Below are positions 1-7,672 of a stretch of 64,000 nt of DNA, one piece after another. The notes under the pieces were generated by a model, which did not search any database, was not told where the DNA came from, and saw only the letters and a list, made by a program, of their open reading frames with translations. This DNA comes from Candidatus Merdivicinus excrementipullorum (GTDB taxonomy: Bacteria; Bacillota; Clostridia; Oscillospirales; Ruminococcaceae), in assembly GCA_018716725.1 (NCBI GenBank), contig DVJP01000030.1:17407-81406 (forward strand). The letters are read 5' to 3'. Within the stretch, counting starts at the first letter, position 1. Each line of letters begins with the position of its first letter. The position numbers and the translations under genes are program-made.

Positions 1-2
1 GG

Positions 3-404
3 ATGCTGAACTTAGGGGATGTGTCCATTTATTCCACCTTCAGCTACATCCACGAAATCTTAAAGGCCCGGGGCTATGAAACTATTGTCATCCCCGGGGT
101 GCCCAGCTTCTGCGCCGTGGCGGCCCGGCTGAATACAGGGCTTACCGAAATGGGCAAGCCCCTGCACATTATCCCGGCCAGCCACGAAGGATTGGCCGAA
201 AGCCTGGCCCTGCCCGGCAGCAAAATCCTCATGAAAACCGGCAAATCCATGCCCGCCGTGAAACAGGCGTTAAAGGACGCCGGGCTTTATGAGAAAGCGT
301 CCCTGGTCCAAAACTGCTGCCTGCCGGACGAAAAGGCCTGCCCCTCTTTGGACGAGGCCGACGAGGACCCCAGTTATTTTACCACCATTTTGGTGAAAGC
401 ATAA
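3..404 (+). CDS. cbiL: precorrin-2/cobalt-factor II C20-methyltransferase, C-terminal part (5' end outside window)
   Basis: ORF is open at the window edge. It carries the tetrapyrrole-methylase C-lobe motif VIPGVPSFCAVAARL and lies 11 bp upstream of cbiF. Confidence 0.7.
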   Translation: MLNLGDVSIYSTFSYIHEILKARGYETIVIPGVPSFCAVAARLNTGLTEMGKPLHIIPASHEGLAESLALPGSKILMKTGKSMPAVKQALKDAGLYEKASLVQNCCLPDEKACPSLDEADEDPSYFTTILVKA

Positions 405-415
405 GGAGAATTGCC

Positions 416-1186
416 ATGGTAACATTTGTCGGCGCCGGTAGCGGCGCGCCGGATTTAATCACCGTCCGGGGGGCCAAGCTCCTTTCCCAGGCGGATGTGA
501 TTATTTACGCAGGGAGTCTGGTAAATCCCGCCCTGCTGGATTACAAAAAGGAAGGCTGCGCCGTTTACAACAGCGCGGAAATGACGTTGGAAGAAGTGTT
601 CGCCGTCATGAAAGGGGCGGAGGACGAAGGCAAAATGACCGTCCGCCTGCACACCGGCGACCCCTGCCTTTACGGGGCCATCAAGGAACAGATGGAGCTT
701 TTGGACGAGGCTGGGATTTCCTATGAAGTTGTCCCCGGCGTGTCCAGCTTCTGCGGGGCTGCGGCGGCAGTCAAAGCGGAATACACCCTGCCCCAGGTGA
801 GCCAGACGGTTATCATCACCCGTATGGAGGGCCGCACGCCGGTTCCCGAAAGGGAGAAAATCCGGTCTTTGGCCGCCCATCAGAGCACCATGGTGATTTT
901 CCTAAGCACCGGCCTTTTGGAGGGCCTTTCCCGGGAGCTGATTGCCGGGGGCTACGCCCCGGACACCCCGGCGGCTATCGTCTACAAAGCCACCTGGCCG
1001 GAGGAAAAGGTGTTCCGCTGCACTGTGGAAACCCTGGCCCAAACCGCTAAGGACAACCACGTCACCAAAACCGCCCTGATTCTGGTGGGCAAGTTCTTAG
1101 AAGGCACCATCGAACGTTCCAAGCTCTATGACCCCGCCTTCACCACCGAATTCCGCCAGGGAACCGACACATGCGAATCGAAATAA
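416..1186 (+). CDS. cbiF: cobalt-precorrin-4 C11-methyltransferase
   Basis: N-terminus VTFVGAGSGAPDLITVRGAKLL and motif PGVSSF. An AAGGAG RBS lies 7 nt upstream. Confidence 0.9.
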   Translation: MVTFVGAGSGAPDLITVRGAKLLSQADVIIYAGSLVNPALLDYKKEGCAVYNSAEMTLEEVFAVMKGAEDEGKMTVRLHTGDPCLYGAIKEQMELLDEAGISYEVVPGVSSFCGAAAAVKAEYTLPQVSQTVIITRMEGRTPVPEREKIRSLAAHQSTMVIFLSTGLLEGLSRELIAGGYAPDTPAAIVYKATWPEEKVFRCTVETLAQTAKDNHVTKTALILVGKFLEGTIERSKLYDPAFTTEFRQGTDTCESK

Positions 1187-2148
1187 CGGCCTACACCGCC
1201 GACGGCCTCGCTTTAGGCGAAAAACTCCGGGGGCTGCTGGAGCAGGCAGGGGAAACCGTCCGCTTCCATTCCGGCAAAGGGCCGGAGGGCATGAAAGCCC
1301 GGGACTTTGCGGCGGAATATTTCCCCAAAGCGGACGCCCTGATTTTTATTGGGGCGGCGGGCATCGCTGTTCGGAGCATCGCGCCCTTTGTGGCGTCCAA
1401 ATTGTCTGACCCGGCGGTTTTGGCGCTGGACGACCAGGGGAAATTCGTCATTTCCCTGTTGTCGGGCCATGTGGGCGGAGCAAACGACCTGGCAAACCGG
1501 ATTGCCGGGCTGATTGGAGCCGTCCCGGTGGTGACCACCGCCACCGACGGACACGGGGTGTTCGCCATTGACAGCTGGGCCGCCAAGCAGGGCTTCTTTA
1601 TAATGAACCCGGAGAAAATCAAGGCGGTCAGCGGCAAGTTGCTGGACGGGAAGCCGGTGGGGTTTGCAAGCCCCTTTCCCGTCCTGGAAACCCTGCCCAA
1701 GGGATTTGTCCGGGCGGAGAAAAATCCGGACGTCGCGGTGGATGTGCGCTGTCCGGAAACAGACTGTCTCTGGATTGTCCCGCCTTTCCTGACCTTGGGG
1801 GTGGGGTGCCGGAAAAACACCCCGGAAGAAGCCATTGAAGCGGCGTTTCAAAAGCTGCTGGCTCAAACGGGATTTTCGGAGAAAGCGTTCCAAAAGGTGT
1901 GCAGCATTGATCTGAAAGCGGAGGAGCCGGGGCTTCTGGCCTTCTGCAAGGCCCATAATCTGCCCTTTGTCACCTATCCCGCCCAAGAACTGTCGGCGGT
2001 GGAGGGGGAGTTTACTCCTTCCGCCTTTGTGAGCCGTGTGACCGGCGTGGACAATGTCTGCGAGCGCAGCGCGGCGAAGGGCAGCGGCGGGCGGATTATC
2101 GTTCCCAAACAGGCCGGAAACGGCGTGACTATGGCCGTGGCCCGGTAA
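1171..2148 (+). CDS. cbiG: cobalt-precorrin-5A hydrolase
   Basis: CbiG-like motifs (AAGIAVRSIAP, SLLSGHVGGAN, LTLGVGCRKN, GVDNVCERSA). Overlaps the cbiF end by 16 nt. Confidence 0.85.
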   Translation: MRIEITAYTADGLALGEKLRGLLEQAGETVRFHSGKGPEGMKARDFAAEYFPKADALIFIGAAGIAVRSIAPFVASKLSDPAVLALDDQGKFVISLLSGHVGGANDLANRIAGLIGAVPVVTTATDGHGVFAIDSWAAKQGFFIMNPEKIKAVSGKLLDGKPVGFASPFPVLETLPKGFVRAEKNPDVAVDVRCPETDCLWIVPPFLTLGVGCRKNTPEEAIEAAFQKLLAQTGFSEKAFQKVCSIDLKAEEPGLLAFCKAHNLPFVTYPAQELSAVEGEFTPSAFVSRVTGVDNVCERSAAKGSGGRIIVPKQAGNGVTMAVAR

Positions 2149-2191
2149 AATAGAATTGCCATTTCAGTAGCAATATCTTTTGTTGTTGAAA

Positions 2192-2450
2192 AAATTGAAA
2201 GCTTTACTCAATTTTTCTCGAAAAATTGCAGGGGTAGATGTTGTGAGCAAGCTCACAACGGACAGAGTCCCTCCTCGCTTTCCGCAGAAAGCGAAATCCA
2301 ACCCATTCGCGCCTTGGGCGCGAAACATAAAAGAAAAGCGGAGCTATGAACTTATGGTTCATGGCGTGCAGGCTCGCCGCGAATGTTCGTCGTCAAGTGA
2401 ACTTGACGACACGATTCTGATTTTGCGTAGCAAAATCAAATTTTAGAATC
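2192..2450 (+). repeat. hairpin-mosaic intergenic element, copy A
   Basis: Chain of short perfect palindromes (2241-2258, 2275-2294, 2308-2322, 2344-2364, 2389-2410, 2419-2437). Modules are shared with 36631-36715 and 54798-54819. Confidence 0.75.
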
Positions 2451-2507
2451 TTCTGACATTTATCTGCGGTTTATTTGTGCCAGTAAGGCAAAGAAAGGAA
2501 TGGCATC

Positions 2508-3245
2508 ATGAAAAAATTATATGTGGTGGGCTTAGGCCCCGGCGGACGGGAATACATGACCGGTGAGGCCCGGGCGGCTTTGGAGGACGCGGAGCTCCTC
2601 TGCGGCTACACCGTTTACATCGATTTGATTCGGGGGGATTACCCGGACAAGGAAATCCTCACCACCCCCATGACCCAGGAAATCGAACGCTGCCGCATGG
2701 CGGTGGAAGCGGCGGAAAGCGGCAGAACCGTCGTCATGGTTTGCAGCGGCGACGCCGGGGTTTACGGCATGGCGGGCTTGATTTACGAGATTGCCGGGGA
2801 AAATTCCCCGGTGGAAATTGTCATTGTGCCCGGCATTACGGCGGCTTTAAGCGGCGCGGCGGTGCTGGGAGCACCCCTGGTCCACGATTTCGCCGTCATC
2901 TCCCTAAGCGACCTGCTGACCCCCTGGGAAACCATTGAAAAGCGGCTCCGGGCGGCGGGCGAAGCGGATTTTTCCCTCTGCCTTTACAACCCCTCCAGCA
3001 AAAAGCGGGCGGATTATCTGAAACGGGCCTGCGATATCCTGCTGGAAAGCCGGAACCCGGAAAACGCCTGCGGCTGGGTGAAAAATATCGGCCGGGAGGG
3101 CCAGGAATACAAGGTCATGACTTTGGCGGAACTGCGGGAGGAGCAGGTGGACATGTTCACCACCGTTTTTATCGGCAATTCCTCCACCAAATTCCTGGGG
3201 GGCAAATTGGTGACCCCCAGAGGCTATGAGCGCAAAATGAAATAA
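2508..3245 (+). CDS. cbiH: cobalt-factor III / precorrin-3B C17-methyltransferase
   Basis: LYVVGLGPGGREYMT, VCSGDAGVYGMAG and VPGITA motifs; operon context. Confidence 0.9.
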   Translation: MKKLYVVGLGPGGREYMTGEARAALEDAELLCGYTVYIDLIRGDYPDKEILTTPMTQEIERCRMAVEAAESGRTVVMVCSGDAGVYGMAGLIYEIAGENSPVEIVIVPGITAALSGAAVLGAPLVHDFAVISLSDLLTPWETIEKRLRAAGEADFSLCLYNPSSKKRADYLKRACDILLESRNPENACGWVKNIGREGQEYKVMTLAELREEQVDMFTTVFIGNSSTKFLGGKLVTPRGYERKMK

Positions 3246-3265
3246 CAGCGAAAGGGGGCGGCGGG

Positions 3266-4414
3266 ATGCCGCAGCTTGATATTTTCTGCCGCAAAGACGG
3301 CAAGGACCTGCGGTTCGGCTACACCACCGGTTCCTGCGCGGCGGCCGCTTCCAAGGCGGCGGCCCGGATGCTTTTGGAAGGGAGCCGGGAAGAATCGGTG
3401 GAGCTGATGACCCCCAAAGGGATTCTCCTAAACCTGCCGGTGGAGGAAATCACCGCCGGGGAGGGCTTTGTCAGCTGTGCAATCCGCAAGGACAGCGGCG
3501 ACGACCCGGACATTACAAACGGCATCCTGATTTTTTCCAGGGTGGAATTTTCTAAAACGCCGGGCATTACCCTGGAAGGGGGCTTCGGCGTGGGGCGGGT
3601 CACCAAGCCCGGCCTGGAATGCCCCGTGGGGGCCCCCGCCATTAACCGGGTGCCCCGGGAGATGATTACCGCCGCCGTCCGGGCCATGCAGGAGGAATCC
3701 GGCAATTTTGCGGGCCTCAAAGTGACCATTTCCATCCCCGAGGGGGAGCGCCTGGCAAAACGCACCTTCAACCCCCGTCTGGGGATTGTGGGGGGGCTTT
3801 CGGTACTGGGCACCTCCGGCATTGTGGAACCTATGAGCGAGGCGGCCCTGGTGGACACCATCCGGGTGGAAATGAAGCAGCTGGCAGCCTCCGGACGGAA
3901 AATGGCCGTCATTACCCCTGGCAATTACGGGGAGGACTTCATGAAAGAAGCCCTGCACGCGGATTTGTCCGGGGCGGTGAAATGCAGCAACTTTGTGGGG
4001 GAAACCCTGGACATGGCCGGGGAATTCGGTTTTCAGAAGGTGCTGCTCATCGGCCACATCGGCAAATTTGTCAAGCTGGCCGCCGGGATTATGAACACTC
4101 ATTCCCGTTACGCCGACGGGCGGATGGAGGTCATGGGGGTCCACGCCGCCCTCTGCGGGGCGGGCCGGGAGCTGGTGGCAAAGCTCATGGACTGCGTCAC
4201 CACCGACGACGCCCTGGACGTCCTGGAGGAAGCGGGGCTTTTGAAAGACACACTTTCTTCCATTCTGCAAAAGATTGACTTTCACCTGAAAGCCCGCTCC
4301 CACGGGGATTATCAGGTGGAAGCGGTGATTTTTTCCAACAAGCGGGGGCTTTTAGGCATGACCGCCGGGGCGGAAGGGATGCTCCGGGAATTCCTGGCGG
4401 AGGGGATGGAATGA
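3266..4414 (+). CDS. cbiD: cobalt-precorrin-5B (C1)-methyltransferase
   Basis: FGYTTGSCAAAASKAAA signature and GTSGIVEPMS motif. Confidence 0.9.
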   Translation: MPQLDIFCRKDGKDLRFGYTTGSCAAAASKAAARMLLEGSREESVELMTPKGILLNLPVEEITAGEGFVSCAIRKDSGDDPDITNGILIFSRVEFSKTPGITLEGGFGVGRVTKPGLECPVGAPAINRVPREMITAAVRAMQEESGNFAGLKVTISIPEGERLAKRTFNPRLGIVGGLSVLGTSGIVEPMSEAALVDTIRVEMKQLAASGRKMAVITPGNYGEDFMKEALHADLSGAVKCSNFVGETLDMAGEFGFQKVLLIGHIGKFVKLAAGIMNTHSRYADGRMEVMGVHAALCGAGRELVAKLMDCVTTDDALDVLEEAGLLKDTLSSILQKIDFHLKARSHGDYQVEAVIFSNKRGLLGMTAGAEGMLREFLAEGME

Positions 4415-5889
4415 AGTATCCATGCCCCTGCTGCGGGAACCTGACCCTTCCGGTAAAACCGGAGGACGCCGTGGCCTTTATCTGCCCGGTGTGCTTTTGG
4501 GAAAACGATGTGTTTTTGATGAGCGATACGGAACCCAGCGACGAGAACCACGGCCTGACCCTTTTGGATGGGCGGACCAATTACCGAAAATACGGGGCCT
4601 GCTGCCCAGAAATGCGGCCCTTTGCTTTAGAAAGGCGGGAAAATCCAATGAAACCCAGTATCACGGTGGCCGGTATCGGCATGGGCAATCCCGATACCAT
4701 GACCATAGAAGTGCGGAAAGCGGTGGAGCAGGCGGAGGCCCTCATCGGGGCGGGGCGGATGCTTCAGAGCTTTGCGCACCTCCAAAAGCCCTCCTTTGCC
4801 GCCATTACGCCGGAGGACATCCGGCGGGCCGTGGAGGAGCACCCGGAATTTTCCCAAATCTGCGTCCTCATGTCCGGGGACGTGGGCTTTTTCAGCGGCG
4901 CAAAGAAGCTGCGGGACGCCCTTGCCGGATACTCTGTTCGGTTCTTGCCGGGGATCAGCTCCATGGTGTATTTCTGCTCCAAACTGGGCGTCAGCTGGGA
5001 CGACGCACGCTGGGTCAGCGCCCACGGCCGGGAGGACGACGTCCTTCCCACCATCCGGATCAGCCCCAAAACCTTCCTTCTCACCGGCAGCACCCGGCCG
5101 GTGCAGGCTGTCTGCCGGGAGCTTTGCGCCGCCGGTTTGGGCCGTTTGATTGTCCATGCCGGGGAACGGCTTTCCTACCCGGAAGAACGGGTTGTCACCG
5201 GCACGGCGGAGGAGCTGGCCGGGCAGGAATTTGACAGCCTGTCCGTCATGCTGGTGGAAAACCCCAGCCCGGTGCAGCCGGAATTTTCCACCCACGGCAT
5301 CCCGGACGAAGAATTTATCCGGGGGAAGGTGCCCATGACCAAATTCGAGGTGCGCTGCGCGGCTGTTTCCCTGCTGCGGACAAGGCCCGGCGGCGTCATC
5401 TGGGACGTGGGGGCCGGAACCGGCTCCGTTTCGGTGGAGACGGCCCTGGCGAACCCCGGCGGGGCGGTGTACGCCGTGGAAATGAAGGAGGAAGCCGTTT
5501 CCTTAATCCGCCAGAACCGGGAGAAATTTAAGGCCTGGAACCTGACCCCCGTGGAAGGGGCGGCCCCCGGGGCATTGGAAAACCTGCCCGCGCCGGACGC
5601 CGTGTTTATCGGGGGCAGCACCGGGAATATGCCGGAAATCTTTCAGATGATCCGGGAGAAAAACCCGGCGGCCCGAGTGGCGGTCAGCGCCATTTCTTTG
5701 GAAACATTGGCCCAGGCCATTGACTGCTTTGCGAAATTCGGCCTGCAAAATACCGAGATTTCCCAGATTATGGCGGCCAGGGCCAAAGAAGCCGGGCGGT
5801 ACCATCTGATGATGGGCCAGAATCCGGTGTATCTCATCAGCGGACAATTTTCCGCAAATTTACAGGAATCACAGGGGGAACTGTTTTGA
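4411..5889 (+). CDS. cbiET: CPCC Cys-rich domain fused to cobalt-precorrin-6B/7 methyltransferase-decarboxylase (CbiE + CbiT)
   Basis: ATGA overlap with the cbiD stop. Residues 1-79 are Cys-rich (CPCC..CPVC..CC). The CbiE methylase begins at MKPSITVAGIGMG (4648) and the CbiT SAM motif is DVGAGTGSVS. There is no stop codon between the parts. Confidence 0.85.
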   Translation: MKYPCPCCGNLTLPVKPEDAVAFICPVCFWENDVFLMSDTEPSDENHGLTLLDGRTNYRKYGACCPEMRPFALERRENPMKPSITVAGIGMGNPDTMTIEVRKAVEQAEALIGAGRMLQSFAHLQKPSFAAITPEDIRRAVEEHPEFSQICVLMSGDVGFFSGAKKLRDALAGYSVRFLPGISSMVYFCSKLGVSWDDARWVSAHGREDDVLPTIRISPKTFLLTGSTRPVQAVCRELCAAGLGRLIVHAGERLSYPEERVVTGTAEELAGQEFDSLSVMLVENPSPVQPEFSTHGIPDEEFIRGKVPMTKFEVRCAAVSLLRTRPGGVIWDVGAGTGSVSVETALANPGGAVYAVEMKEEAVSLIRQNREKFKAWNLTPVEGAAPGALENLPAPDAVFIGGSTGNMPEIFQMIREKNPAARVAVSAISLETLAQAIDCFAKFGLQNTEISQIMAARAKEAGRYHLMMGQNPVYLISGQFSANLQESQGELF

Positions 5890-7100
5890 ATATCAAAATG
5901 GCGGGCATTGACCACAGCAAAGCCGGGGTGGAGGCCCGGGAGGCGTTTTCCTTTACCAAATCGGCGGCGGAAGGGGCCATGAAACAGGTGAGAGAGGAGT
6001 TCGGCGCGGACGGCTGCGTCATCCTGTCCACCTGCAACCGCACGGAGCTTTGGCTGGACGGCGGGGAAAATTTGGACCCTCTGGACATCCTCTGCCGGCT
6101 GAAAGGCGTAAACCCGGACGAGGCGGCGCCCTATATCACCGTCCGCCGGGACGAAGAGGCGGTCGGGCACCTGCTCCGCACGGCCTGCGGCATGAACTCC
6201 CGTCTGTTCGGGGAGGACCAGATTATCACCCAGGTGGGGGACGCCGGGGATTTTGCCAGGGAACTGAAAACCAGCGGCCCGGTGCTGGACAACCTGTTCC
6301 GGACAGCAGTCACCGCCGCCAAAAAGGTGAAAACCCAGGTGCGGCTCACGGCGGAGCGCCGGGGCGCGGCGGAAAGCACCGTGGAACTGCTTCAGAAGGA
6401 ATGGGGCGGCTTTGCGGGCAGGAAAATCCTGGTCATCGGCAACGGGAATATGGGGAAGCTGGCGGCGGAAAAGCTCTTAGAGGCCGGAGCGCAGGTTTCC
6501 ATGACTCTGCGCCAGTATAAGCACGGCGGCGCATCCGTGCCGGAGGGGTGCCGGGCGGTTTCCTATGAGGAGCGGTACGCCGTTATGGAGCAGTCCGACG
6601 CGGTGGTCAGCGCCACGGCCAGCCCTCACTATACGGTTCACGCCGGGTCGGTGCTGGTTTTAAGCCGGTTCCCCCAGATTTTTGTGGATTTGGCCGTGCC
6701 TCGGGACATTGACCCCTTAGTGGCGGACATTCCCGGCGTCAAGGTTTGGGATATTGACAGCCTTGGGGTTTCCGGCGCAGAATCGGCCAGCGAGGAAGCC
6801 GCCGCCCAGGCGGAGGAAATCCTGAAAGAATATCAGGCGGAGTTTCGGCGGTGGTACGATTTCCGGGAAGCAGTGCCCTTAATCCAGCAAATCAGCCGGA
6901 AAGCGGCGGAGGATATGGACAGCCGGATGGAAAAATGCATCCACACCCTGCACCTGCCGCCGGAACAGCGGGACAAGCTGTGGGAGCAGATCGACCACCA
7001 CGCGGAAAAGACCGTGGCCCATCTGCTTTTCGGCCTGCGGGAAACCCTTTCGCCGGAGCTTCTGCGGGATTGCCTGAAGGCTCTCAATATGGTAGAATAA
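5886..7100 (+). CDS. hemA: glutamyl-tRNA reductase
   Basis: AGIDHSKAGVEAREAFSF and STCNRTELW motifs. The start is either TTG 5886 (overlapping the cbiET stop) or ATG 5898. Confidence 0.9.
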   Translation: MNIKMAGIDHSKAGVEAREAFSFTKSAAEGAMKQVREEFGADGCVILSTCNRTELWLDGGENLDPLDILCRLKGVNPDEAAPYITVRRDEEAVGHLLRTACGMNSRLFGEDQIITQVGDAGDFARELKTSGPVLDNLFRTAVTAAKKVKTQVRLTAERRGAAESTVELLQKEWGGFAGRKILVIGNGNMGKLAAEKLLEAGAQVSMTLRQYKHGGASVPEGCRAVSYEERYAVMEQSDAVVSATASPHYTVHAGSVLVLSRFPQIFVDLAVPRDIDPLVADIPGVKVWDIDSLGVSGAESASEEAAAQAEEILKEYQAEFRRWYDFREAVPLIQQISRKAAEDMDSRMEKCIHTLHLPPEQRDKLWEQIDHHAEKTVAHLLFGLRETLSPELLRDCLKALNMVE

Positions 7101-7117
7101 AGGAAACGAGGGGGATT

Positions 7118-7672
7118 ATGGAACCGTATTTTCCCATTTTTATCTCCCTGTCCGGCAAAAAGGCGGTGGTCATCGGGGCCGGGGCCATCGCCTGCCGCAG
7201 GGTCAAAAGCCTTCTGCCTTTTGGGGCGGAAATCACGGTCGTCGCGCCGGAAGCCTGCGGGGAGCTGGAGCTTTTGGCCAGGGAAGGCCGCATCCGGCTG
7301 GAACGGCGGCCCTATGCCCCCGGGGATTTGTCCGGGGCAGTTATCGCCGTGTCCGCCGCCAATGACCGGGCGGTGAACCACGGGGCTTTTTTGGAGGCGA
7401 AAGCCGCCGGGATCCCCATCAGCGTGGCCGACTGCAAGGAGGAATCCACCTTCTATTTTCCGGGAATTGCCCGGGAAGGGGAAGTGGTGGCCGGGGTCAC
7501 GGCCAGCGGCTCCGACCATAAGCTGGCCAAAGAGGCGGCGGCCGCTGTGAGAGAATGTTTGCGAAATTTTGTGGAAAGCAGGGAATCACATGGAAAAACG
7601 GATCATCCGGGTAGGGAGCCGGGAAAGCGCCCTGGCAGTAGCCCAGACGAAACTGGTGCTGAATCAAATTGA
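7118..7672 (+). CDS. sirC: precorrin-2 dehydrogenase / sirohydrochlorin ferrochelatase (short CysG-N/SirC type)
   Basis: Rossmann motif KKAVVIGAGAIACRRV. The in-frame ATG at 7118 follows a GAGGGGG RBS. The tail overlaps the next gene. Confidence 0.7.
   Translation: MEPYFPIFISLSGKKAVVIGAGAIACRRVKSLLPFGAEITVVAPEACGELELLAREGRIRLERRPYAPGDLSGAVIAVSAANDRAVNHGAFLEAKAAGIPISVADCKEESTFYFPGIAREGEVVAGVTASGSDHKLAKEAAAAVRECLRNFVESRESHGKTDHPGREPGKRPGSSPDETGAESN

Noticed and set aside
1-2150. Cobalamin riboswitch controlling the cbi operon.
   Set aside because: The operon starts upstream of the window. No B12-box-like element was seen in any internal spacer, including the 158-bp gap before hemB, which holds only a hairpin and a possible internal promoter.
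2180-2446. ORFs lying within repeat tracts: 2180-2446, 36628-36891, 36821-37075, 54253-54525, 54267-54560, 54617-54844, 57065-57598, 57238-57648, 52003-52403.
   Set aside because: They are read-throughs of palindromic repeat DNA. They have no RBS, they occur on both strands and in several frames of the same sequence, and their composition is dictated by the hairpins.
3428-4303. Long antisense or overlapping ORFs inside well-supported genes. Examples: 455-880(-), 1213-1986(-), 3428-4303(-), 10178-10807(-), 10865-11554(-), 33170-34303(-), 42194-43081(-), 46442-47716(+), 50002-50796(-), 38695-39447(-).
   Set aside because: These are shadow ORFs typical of GC-rich coding DNA. Their translations are low-complexity and Arg/Gly/Pro-rich, with no motifs and no RBS. 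The opposite-strand or other-frame genes have unambiguous family signatures.
7569-7672. About 83-nt overlap between the sirC ORF end and the hemC-fusion start.
   Set aside because: This is most simply start-site or tail ambiguity. The sirC tail is low-complexity, and hemC could start at ATG 7590 or TTG 7569. I see no slippery site or other evidence of programmed recoding.
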